This document shows positions 20,853-29,900 of a stretch of 64,000 nt of DNA, piece after piece. Each line of letters opens with the position of its first letter. The first letter of the stretch is position 1. The DNA lies in contig PTKX01000001.1 in assembly GCA_002938195.1 (NCBI GenBank), positions 41,878 through 105,877 on the forward strand. Reading direction: 5' to 3'. Below the pieces are notes generated by a model. That model saw nothing but the letters and a program-made list of their open reading frames with translations, was not told where the DNA came from and searched no databases. The translations under genes and the position numbers were made by a program. This DNA comes from Alphaproteobacteria bacterium MarineAlpha5_Bin7. GTDB taxonomy: Bacteria > Pseudomonadota > Alphaproteobacteria > HIMB59 > GCA-002718135.

Positions 20853-21596
20853 CTAAATAGAAAAATTCGAACCAAGATAAAATTTTTTTATTTTGTCGTC
20901 TTTAACCGCATCCGATGGTCTACCTTCAAAAAATATAGCACCTTCATTTACTATATATACTTTGTCTACTATTGATAAAGTTTCTCTGACATTGTGGTCT
21001 GTAATTAGAATACCAATATTCTTACTCTTAAGTTTTTTAATAATAATTTTTATTTCATCAATAGAAATTGGATCAATACCTGTTAAAGGTTCGTCTAATA
21101 ATAAATAATTTGGTTTTGAGGCAATTGTTCTCGCAATTTCTAACCTTCTTCTTTCCCCGCCAGATAAAACAATAGATTTTGATTTTCGTACATGAGATAT
21201 GTCAAATTCATTTAAAAGATTTTCTAAAATAATATTGTGTTTATATTTATCTTTTTCAATTATTTCAATTATTGACATTATATTATCTTCTACATTCATA
21301 CCTCTAAAAATCGAAGGCTCTTGAGGCAAATAACTTATTCCTTTTTGGCCTCTAATATAAATTGGTAATTTTGAAATATCCTCTTTATCAAGATAAATAG
21401 AACCAGAATCAGGATTAATTAAACCTACTATCATATAAAAGGTTGTAGTTTTTCCAGCTCCATTTGGACCTAGAAGTCCCACTATTTCTCCCTTTTGAAT
21501 ATTCAAACTTATATCTCGGACAATATATTTTTTATCAAATGATTTTGAAATTTTATTTATATTAAGACCATTATCTAAAATTTTAAATTTACTCAT
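20853..21596 (-). CDS. lptB: LPS export ABC transporter ATP-binding protein
   Basis: GPNGAGKTT Walker A motif and LSGGERRRLEIAR signature. Follows the lptC/lptA-like genes. Confidence 0.9.
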   Translation of the reverse strand: MSKFKILDNGLNINKISKSFDKKYIVRDISLNIQKGEIVGLLGPNGAGKTTTFYMIVGLINPDSGSIYLDKEDISKLPIYIRGQKGISYLPQEPSIFRGMNVEDNIMSIIEIIEKDKYKHNIILENLLNEFDISHVRKSKSIVLSGGERRRLEIARTIASKPNYLLLDEPLTGIDPISIDEIKIIIKKLKSKNIGILITDHNVRETLSIVDKVYIVNEGAIFFEGRPSDAVKDDKIKKFYLGSNFSI

Positions 21597-22353
21597 CTTC
21601 TTTTTCTTTTAATAACACTCTTACTTTTTTATCTGATTTATTTGAAGTTACTTTATAAGATTCATCTAAGGTATTTATCCGAGCATAATCTCCAACTATT
21701 GATTCTTTATCTCTAATAACTTTTACCTTATCAAATAATTCAATAATATTGTTTTTTTTATCATAAATTGCTTTAAGTGCATACATATCTAAAGTGTCAG
21801 TTTTTATGTTTACCCCGGCGTTGTCTTCTACATAGAGACTTTCTACTTCATTCACGTCTTCTATATTGATAAATTTTCCATCTATTAAGTTTCCAGTGAT
21901 ATTAATATCTTCACTAATTAAATTTGATTTTGGACCTTTCAAGGCAAATAATCCAGTTAAATTATTAACTTTGATGGTTCCATCGGATTTCATTTCAACT
22001 TGATTTGTGGTCAATATAGAATCTTTACCATTTATTATTATATTTTCATCTTTTATATTAAAATTAACTCTTTCCCCAATTGCCTTCATTCCTTTGTTGG
22101 ACGTAAGCACCACATTGCCTTCAGATATTATTTGGATGACATCATAAAGACCTTCATTGAAAAAAGCTTTAACTAATTCATCAGCTTTTAGATTAAATTC
22201 ATCTGAGTTTATTTTGATATTCTTTTTTAATAAATAATATTTTTCTTTTTTAAATACCTCAATTCCCTCATCAGTTGTAATTTCTGTTTGACCCGCTTCT
22301 CTTGCAAAAATTTGAAAAGAATAAAAAACTAATACTAATAAAAAATATTTCAT
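21589..22353 (-). CDS. lptA: Periplasmic LPS transport protein LptA (OstA-like)
   Basis: Signal peptide, ~250 aa beta-rich protein, position between lptC-like and lptB. The family call rests mainly on context. Confidence 0.6.
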   Translation of the reverse strand: MKYFLLVLVFYSFQIFAREAGQTEITTDEGIEVFKKEKYYLLKKNIKINSDEFNLKADELVKAFFNEGLYDVIQIISEGNVVLTSNKGMKAIGERVNFNIKDENIIINGKDSILTTNQVEMKSDGTIKVNNLTGLFALKGPKSNLISEDINITGNLIDGKFINIEDVNEVESLYVEDNAGVNIKTDTLDMYALKAIYDKKNNIIELFDKVKVIRDKESIVGDYARINTLDESYKVTSNKSDKKVRVLLKEKEDE

Positions 22354-22799
22354 TGACTTAACAACACTGACGTTTTCCCATTAAATAAAATTATATCTCC
22401 TTGTTCAATTAATCTAAACCCTTGAGAAATAATTTCAGTTCCATTTGATTCAAACTTTGAGTTTTTATTGCTTTTTGCAGTTTGTTTTTCTCTATCAAAA
22501 GTAACTTCATCGGATAAAATTTTAAACTTGTCTGATTCAAAATGAACATCATTTGTTAATAATATTAAATTTTTATCAATAAAATTACCTTGTTTAGCTT
22601 TCACGGAAATTTTTTCTTTATCATTATTAATTGTAAATGTTGGATTAAGAATATCAAATGATGGATTTAAATCAATTATTTCATTAGTACTTTTTTGAAA
22701 ATTAAACTTTTGAAATAAAATAGCAATTGCAAAAATACCGCAAAATAAAAATAGCAATAATATTAAAGCTTTCTTATTTATATTAAGAAATTTATTCAA
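22350..22799 (-). CDS. lptC: LPS export system protein LptC-like (single N-terminal TM anchor)
   Basis: N-terminal TM helix followed by a ~120-aa beta-rich domain. Position kdsD-lptC-lptA-lptB. Confidence 0.55.
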   Translation of the reverse strand: MNKFLNINKKALILLLFLFCGIFAIAILFQKFNFQKSTNEIIDLNPSFDILNPTFTINNDKEKISVKAKQGNFIDKNLILLTNDVHFESDKFKILSDEVTFDREKQTAKSNKNSKFESNGTEIISQGFRLIEQGDIILFNGKTSVLLSQ

Positions 22800-22800
22800 T

Positions 22801-23757
22801 TTACGTGCTAAGTCTTAGTAAGTCATGAATATGAATTATACCTATAGGTTGGGAGTTAATGCATACGAACAGACTTGTTATTTTTTTTGAATTCATAATA
22901 TTTAAAGCTTCTCCAACTAACATGTTGCTTGTAGCAAGTGTTGGTTTTTTTGTCATAACCTGAGATGCTTTCATATTAACTATGTTGGTTTTCATATTTC
23001 TTCTCAAATCACCATCAGTTATGATTCCCACAATCTTTTTTGATTTATTAATTACGCCAACACACCCAAAACTTTTCTTGGTCATAACTAGAAGAGTTTT
23101 AGACATTAATTCGTTATCTTTAACCAAAGGTAACTCCTTTGGTCCATGCATGATATCTGAGAGTTTAACAAGATCTTTGCCTAAATTACCTCCAGGATGA
23201 AATTTACTAAAATTTGATTTTTTGAATCCTCTCATTTTTAATAAACTAACTGCAATTGCATCACCTATAATTAAGGACATTGTAGTTGAACTTGTTGGTG
23301 CTAGATTTAATGAACAAGCTTCCATAGGTTTTTTAAATAAAATAGCATGATCGGATTTTTTGAATAAAATACCTTTTTTATTTGAAGAAATGCTGAGTAA
23401 AGGAATATTAAATCTTTTAGCAAAATTTATTAAATTATTTAATTCATTAGATTGGCCAGAATTTGATATAGCTAAAATACAATCATTTTTTGTTATATTG
23501 CCTAAATCCCCATGACTTGCTTCTGTTGGATGAACAAACTGAGATGGCGTGCCGGTCGACGATAAAGTCGCAGAAATTTTATTTGCAATATGACCACTTT
23601 TACCGATACCAGTAATTATTAATCTACCTTTTGTATTATAAATTGTTTTTACAACGTTATAAAAAGCGTTATTAAATGTTGAACTAAGAGTTTTAGCACT
23701 ATCAATTTCTATTTTTAAAACTCTTTTTGCTTCTTTAATTATTTCTGATTTTTTCAT
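22801..23757 (-). CDS. kdsD: Arabinose-5-phosphate isomerase (KpsF/KdsD; SIS + tandem CBS)
   Basis: GIGKSGHIANKISATLSSTGTPS SIS motif with C-terminal CBS pair. 318 aa. Confidence 0.9.
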   Translation of the reverse strand: MKKSEIIKEAKRVLKIEIDSAKTLSSTFNNAFYNVVKTIYNTKGRLIITGIGKSGHIANKISATLSSTGTPSQFVHPTEASHGDLGNITKNDCILAISNSGQSNELNNLINFAKRFNIPLLSISSNKKGILFKKSDHAILFKKPMEACSLNLAPTSSTTMSLIIGDAIAVSLLKMRGFKKSNFSKFHPGGNLGKDLVKLSDIMHGPKELPLVKDNELMSKTLLVMTKKSFGCVGVINKSKKIVGIITDGDLRRNMKTNIVNMKASQVMTKKPTLATSNMLVGEALNIMNSKKITSLFVCINSQPIGIIHIHDLLRLST

Positions 23758-23771
23758 ATCAAGTTCTCATT

Positions 23772-24383
23772 TTAGTGCTTAAAAATATCCTCCTCGGCCC
23801 AACCTAAAAGATCTAAATCAGTTCTATACTTAATAAAGTTAAAGCATTCTTGAGCTAATTTTGTCCTTTTTTCTCTTAATAATATTTTATCTAATTCTTC
23901 TTTTATTTTGTGAAGATAAAGAACATCTGTTGCAGCATATTTTTGTTGAGAGATTGTTAATTTTTTTGAACCCCAATCAGATGTTTGCTCTTCTTTTGAA
24001 ATATTTTTATTCAATAATTCTTTGCACAAATCTTTATATCCATGTTTATCAGTAAATGTTCTTGTCAATTTTGAAGCAATTTTAGTACAATAAATATTAT
24101 CAATATTTATTTTATAAGAGTATTTTAATATCCCTACATCAAATCTAGCATAGTGAAATATTTTTATTAGCTTCTTATTTTGAAAAATTTTAATTAAATT
24201 TTTTGGTTTTTTTTGAGCATTTTCTATTTTAACTAAATGGCAAATACCATTTCCGCTAGACAATTGAACTAAACATAATCTATCTCTAGAGTGTTTTAAA
24301 CCCATAGTTTCTGTATCAATTGCCACTGAATTTTTAAAAATAATATTGCTTGGCAAATCATTAATATGTAATTTAATTTTCAT
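23772..24383 (-). CDS. DEDD-family 3'-5' exonuclease (short RNase D-like)
   Basis: AIDTETMGL exo-I motif, HYARFD and YAATDVLYL (exo-III, DEDDy). 203 aa. Confidence 0.7.
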   Translation of the reverse strand: MKIKLHINDLPSNIIFKNSVAIDTETMGLKHSRDRLCLVQLSSGNGICHLVKIENAQKKPKNLIKIFQNKKLIKIFHYARFDVGILKYSYKINIDNIYCTKIASKLTRTFTDKHGYKDLCKELLNKNISKEEQTSDWGSKKLTISQQKYAATDVLYLHKIKEELDKILLREKRTKLAQECFNFIKYRTDLDLLGWAEEDIFKH

Positions 24384-24444
24384 ACTATAAAATTTGAAAA
24401 AATTTGTTAAAAGTAGTGCTATATCACTTTAAAATATAAACGTC

Positions 24445-25350
24445 ATGAAAACTGTATTAATTTTTGGAGGATCTGGCTTTATTGGCCAACATATAGCTAG
24501 GAGAATGGCAAAAAATGGCTATAAAGTCATTATTCCTTACCAAGGACATGTAGATGATGCAAAATTAAGATTTATTGGAGGAGTTGGTCAAATTTGCCCA
24601 ATTAAGTTCCGTAGTTTATCGGAAAAAATTATTGACGAGTCTATTAAGGAATCCAATGTAATAATCAATCTCAAAACTTTATGGTATGAAAAACCTGTTT
24701 CTTTTGAAAAAGGGATATATAAATTTAATCAAGATCTTGTTTATTTAATTAAAAATCATGACCAAAATAAATTGTTAATTTTCTTTTCTGGACTTGGCAC
24801 TACACACGACTCTAAATCAAAAAGAACAAAAATAATTGCTAAAACTGAGGATTATATAATAAACAATCTGTTAAATAGTTTGATTATAAGGCCCGGCCTA
24901 GTATTTGGATTAAATGATAATTTTTTAAGAAAAATAATGCCTTTGATTAAATTATCCTTCATAATTCCTATTTTTGGAAGTGGGGAAACCAGAGTCCAAC
25001 CTGTCTATGTCGATGACGTAGCAAAGGCCGTAGAAAGGTTGGTAGTTAATAAATATATTGGTAATAAAATTTATGAATTGTATGGTTCTGAGAATTTTTC
25101 ATATAGATTTTTATATAGATTTTTGGCCCAATCTTTAGGTTTGCATAGAATTATTTTTCCGATTCCAATTTTTTTAGCAAAAGTATTAGTGTATTTTATT
25201 CAAAAAATATCGAGTAAATTCATAACAATTGAACAATTGAATCTTTTTATGAATGACAGCCTTCCTTCTAATAAAACGGCTACTTTTAGTGATCTAGGGA
25301 TAGGGCCTCAAAATATTCTTCAAGTAATAAAAATTATTATTAAAAAATAG
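24445..25350 (+). CDS. NAD(P)-binding SDR-fold protein, complex I NDUFA9-subunit-like family
   Basis: IFGGSGFIGQHI Rossmann motif, ~300 aa, atypical-SDR layout. Confidence 0.55.
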   Translation: MKTVLIFGGSGFIGQHIARRMAKNGYKVIIPYQGHVDDAKLRFIGGVGQICPIKFRSLSEKIIDESIKESNVIINLKTLWYEKPVSFEKGIYKFNQDLVYLIKNHDQNKLLIFFSGLGTTHDSKSKRTKIIAKTEDYIINNLLNSLIIRPGLVFGLNDNFLRKIMPLIKLSFIIPIFGSGETRVQPVYVDDVAKAVERLVVNKYIGNKIYELYGSENFSYRFLYRFLAQSLGLHRIIFPIPIFLAKVLVYFIQKISSKFITIEQLNLFMNDSLPSNKTATFSDLGIGPQNILQVIKIIIKK

Positions 25351-25489
25351 TTAAAAATTGCCTAAAATAGTACATTTTTTTAAATTTAGTACAAACATGG
25401 GACTAATTACACTATTTTTTTATATATTTTTTAATTTTTAAGGGTTAATACGAAAAAAATTAATAGAATTAGTACCAATATTTTACTAA

Positions 25490-26926
25490 ATGTTAAAATT
25501 TGTAGATATACCTTTAAAAAAACCTAACAAAATTTCTGTTAGTCAAAGAAAACAGGATTTTAGCGAAATTTATGTAAATTTTGCTAAAGAAAAAGCTGAA
25601 GAACAAGCTTCTAGATGTTCCCAATGTGGCGTTCCTTTCTGTCAAGTTCATTGCCCTCTTCACAATAATATTCCTGATTGGTTAAAACTGACTGCAGAAA
25701 ATAGATTAGAAGAAGCTCACGAACTTTCTAGCTCTACAAATAATATGCCTGAAATATGTGGGAGAATTTGTCCCCAAGATAGACTATGTGAAGGAAATTG
25801 TGTAATTGAAACTTCTGGTCATGGGACTGTTACTATAGGATCAGTTGAAAAATATATTAATGATTTTGCTTGGGATAACGGTTGGATTAAAAATATTGAA
25901 GTTGAAAAAGAATCTTCTTTATCAATTGGCATCATAGGTTCGGGTCCTGCCGGACTTGCTGCTGCAGAGCAATTAAGAATAAAAGGTTATCAAATCACAA
26001 TTTATGATCGATATGATCGTCCAGGAGGTTTGTTAATTTATGGTATACCAAATTTTAAATTAGATAAACAAATTGTTAATAGAAGAACAAAAAGACTATT
26101 GCAAAGTGGTATTAATTTTAAATTAAATTGTGAAATTGGATCGACGATTAGTTTTGATGAAATTAAAGAAAAACATGACGCAATTTTAATAGCCACTGGA
26201 GTTTATAAACCTAGAACAATAAATTTAAATAATAAAAATTTCTCAAATGTTGTACCCGCTTTAGAATATTTAATTGCTAGTAATAAAAAAGGTCTCAAAG
26301 ATAGAGTTCCAAAATTTGATGATGGTCATCTAAACAGTTTCAAAAAAAATGTATTGGTAATTGGGGGTGGAGATACAGCTATGGATTGCGTACGTACAGC
26401 AGTCAGACAAGGAGCTGAAAGTGTTACATGCTTATATAGAAGAGATAAAAAAAATATGCCGGGCTCTTTACAAGAAGTTGAAAATGCAATTGAAGAAGGA
26501 ATTAATTTTGAGTGGTTAACACTACCTACTGAATATATTGGTAATGGCAAAATTGACAAAACTAAAATTGTTAGAATGCAACTTGGTTCACCAGATGAAT
26601 CGGGTAGAAGAAAATCAGAGCCTATAATAGGAAGTGAAAATATTATTGAAACAGATTTAATAATAGAAGCCTTAGGTTTTGAGCCTGAAAATATTCCTAA
26701 TTTATTTAACAAGGATGATTTAGTTGTAACAAATTGGGGCACAATTAAAATTGATTTTAAAACTATGATGACAAGCATCGATGGAGTTTTTGCTGCCGGG
26801 GACATCGTTAGAGGTGCAAGTTTAGTAGTTTGGGGAATTAAGGATGGGAGAGATGCAGCAGAAAATATTCATCAGTATTTGCTTAATAAATCTAAAGATT
26901 TGATGTTTGAAAAGAGAGTAGATTAA
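25490..26926 (+). CDS. gltD: Glutamate synthase (NADPH) small subunit
   Basis: Fe-S cysteine clusters (CSQCGVPFCQVHCP, CGRICPQDRLCEGNC) and the GSGPAGLAAA FAD/NAD motif. 478 aa. Confidence 0.95.
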   Translation: MLKFVDIPLKKPNKISVSQRKQDFSEIYVNFAKEKAEEQASRCSQCGVPFCQVHCPLHNNIPDWLKLTAENRLEEAHELSSSTNNMPEICGRICPQDRLCEGNCVIETSGHGTVTIGSVEKYINDFAWDNGWIKNIEVEKESSLSIGIIGSGPAGLAAAEQLRIKGYQITIYDRYDRPGGLLIYGIPNFKLDKQIVNRRTKRLLQSGINFKLNCEIGSTISFDEIKEKHDAILIATGVYKPRTINLNNKNFSNVVPALEYLIASNKKGLKDRVPKFDDGHLNSFKKNVLVIGGGDTAMDCVRTAVRQGAESVTCLYRRDKKNMPGSLQEVENAIEEGINFEWLTLPTEYIGNGKIDKTKIVRMQLGSPDESGRRKSEPIIGSENIIETDLIIEALGFEPENIPNLFNKDDLVVTNWGTIKIDFKTMMTSIDGVFAAGDIVRGASLVVWGIKDGRDAAENIHQYLLNKSKDLMFEKRVD

Positions 26927-29900
26927 TGAAAAAGAATTTACTATTGAATAAATGGGAAGAAAGCAGAAAAATATTAGAAAGTAATCACGCATATAATGAA
27001 TTAGATGAACATTCTTCGTGTGGGGTAGGATTAATCGCTTCAATTAAAGGAGCAAATTCCAGAACCATAGTAGATATGGGAGTAGAGGCATTAAAGCGTC
27101 TTTATCACAGAGGCGCTGTAGACGCTGATGGTAAAACTGGAGACGGTGCAGGAATACATTTAAATATCCCAAAAGATTTCTTTATAGAGCAAATTGAAAG
27201 AACTGGTCATAAACCTAATGCAATGCCATTTGCAGTTGGAATGGTATTTTTACCAAGAACAGATTTTGCAGCTCAAGAAAAATCAAGAAATATTATTGAA
27301 TCGGAAATCCTAAAATCAGATTTAAAGATTTATGGATGGCGTCATGTTCCTATTAATACAAAAGTAATTGGTGAAAAAGCAAAAATTACTAGACCAGAAA
27401 TTGAACAGATTTTAATTGAAAATGATATTTACGAAGATAAAGATATTTTTGATACTAAACTTTATATAATTAGAAAAAGAATTGAAAAAATAATCCAAAA
27501 AGAAAATATAAAAGATTTCTATATTTGTTCATTATCCTCGCAAACTATAATCTATAAAGGAATGTTCTTAGCTGAACAACTTGCAAATTTCTATCCAGAT
27601 ATTCTAGACAAACGTTTCATTTCTAAATTTGCATTATATCATCAACGATATTCTACTAATACTTTTCCTACTTGGTCGTTAGCACAACCTTTTAGAGTTA
27701 TTGCACATAATGGAGAAATCAATACGCTTAAAGGTAATAAAAATTGGATGTCCGCACACGAGCCACGTTTATCTCATCAAAATTTTGGAGATTCTATAAA
27801 TGATTTAAAGCCAATAATTGATCCCAATGCATCAGATTCAGCAGCATTAGACTCTGCAGTTGAGCTTTTGGTTAATTCAAATAGATCTTTGCCTATGGCC
27901 AAACTTATAACTATTCCAGAAGCATGGGCACATCGGGGAGATTTTTCAAAAAAATTAAAAAATTTATATGCATATGCAAATGCTGTTATGGAACCATGGG
28001 ATGGTCCTGCTGCATTATGCGGAATTCACAAAAACTGGGCAATTGCAGGAATGGATCGCAATGGTTTAAGACCCTTAAGATACTCATTAACAGACGATTA
28101 TCTTATTGTAGGATCTGAAACAGGCATGGTCGAGATTGAAGAATCTCAAATCATAGAAAAAGGGAGAGTTGGTCCAGGACAGATGATAGGAATCAATTTT
28201 AGAGAATCAAAGTTTTACAAAGATGAAGAGATTAAGCTCATGCTGTCTTCTTCTAAGCCTTTTGAAAATTGGACAAAAAAGATCACACACTTGGACAAAA
28301 TGGTTCAGTCAGTTGATGAAGAATTTCGAGCTATAGATCCTAAAGATTTAAAAAAAAGAATGGCTTGTTTTGGATGGACTATTGAAGATATAGAACTCAT
28401 TTTACAACCTATGATTGTAGATCAAAAAGAAGCTACTGGATCTATGGGAGATGATACACCTTTAGCCGTTCTTTCAGAAAATTATAGAGGGTTGCATCAT
28501 TTTTTTAGACAAAATTTTAGTCAGGTCACTAACCCTCCTATTGATAGTCTTCGTGAAAAAGTTGTTATGAGTCTAAGAACTAAAATAGGCAATCTTAGTA
28601 ATATTTTAGATGAAGATGAATATCAGTGCGATCATTTACAATTAAACTCCCCTATTTTATCAATCAATCAATTTAAAACCTTGCGTCAATATATGAAAGA
28701 TAAGGTCAAAATAATTGATACAACACTTAATTTAGAAGAAGAACATGTATCTTTTAAAAAAGAATTAATGCGCATTAATCAAGAAGCAGAACAAGCAGTA
28801 AGATCGGGTTTTGTTCATATTATATTAACAGATAAAACATTATCAAAAAATATAATGGCTTTACCTATGATACTAGTTACAAGCTCTGTTCATAATCATC
28901 TTGTAAAGAAAAATTTAAGAACTTTTATATCTTTAAATATACAGTCTGCAGAATGTTTAGATATACACTACTACGCAGTTTTATTAGGAGTGGGAGCGAC
29001 AAGTATAAACGCATATGTTGCTCAACAAGCAATTGCAGAAAGACACAAAAAAGGTCTTTTTAAAAATCTAACATATGAACAGTGTGTTGAAAGATACATT
29101 ATATCAGTGAAGAATGGATTATTAAAAATTATGAGCAAGATGGGAATTTCTGTAGTTAGTTCGTATCGTGGCGGATGTAATTTTGAAGCCATAGGATTGA
29201 GTCGTAGCTTAATGGCAGAATATTTTCCCTCAATGAGTTCAAAAATTTCTGGAATAGGACTTAAGGGGTTAGAAAAAAGATCAATTTTAGCGCATAAAAA
29301 TGCTTTTGATAATAATTTATTTACTTTGCCTATAGGAGGTTTTTATCGTTATAGAAAAGGGGGCGAACAGCATTCTTTTGATGCAAGTTCTATTCATATG
29401 TTACAAAGCTCCGTAGGAATAGATAGTTACAAAATATTTAAAAAATATTCTGAAATAGTTAACAATGATCAGATAATTAACTTAAGAGATTTGCTAGCTT
29501 ATAAATCTTCAAGAAAATCTATACCGATAAATAATGTTGAGAATATTAATAAAATAAGAAAAAGACTAGTTGCTCCAGGAATTTCTTTAGGAGCTCTTAG
29601 TCCAGAAGCTCACGAAACATTAGCTATAGCTATGAATAGAATAGGATCAAAATCAGACTCAGGGGAAGGTGGAGAAGATCCTGAAAGATTTAAATTAAAA
29701 AATAATGGAGATAATCCCTCTTCTGCTATTAAACAAATTGCAAGCGGTCGTTTTGGTGTAACTTCAGAGTATTTAAATAAATGTGAAGAAATTGAAATTA
29801 AGATTGCTCAGGGGGCTAAACCAGGAGAGGGTGGCCAACTGCCTGGAGGTAAAGTAACGTCTCTAATAGCCAAACTTCGTCATTCAACAAAGGGTGTAAC

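Noticed and set aside
25351-25489. Possible glutamine (glnA-motif) riboswitch upstream of gltD.
   Set aside because: I could not find the conserved GGAAG/GAAGGAACG-type segments or a supporting stem. Only the TAGTAC repeats stand out, and they are reported separately.
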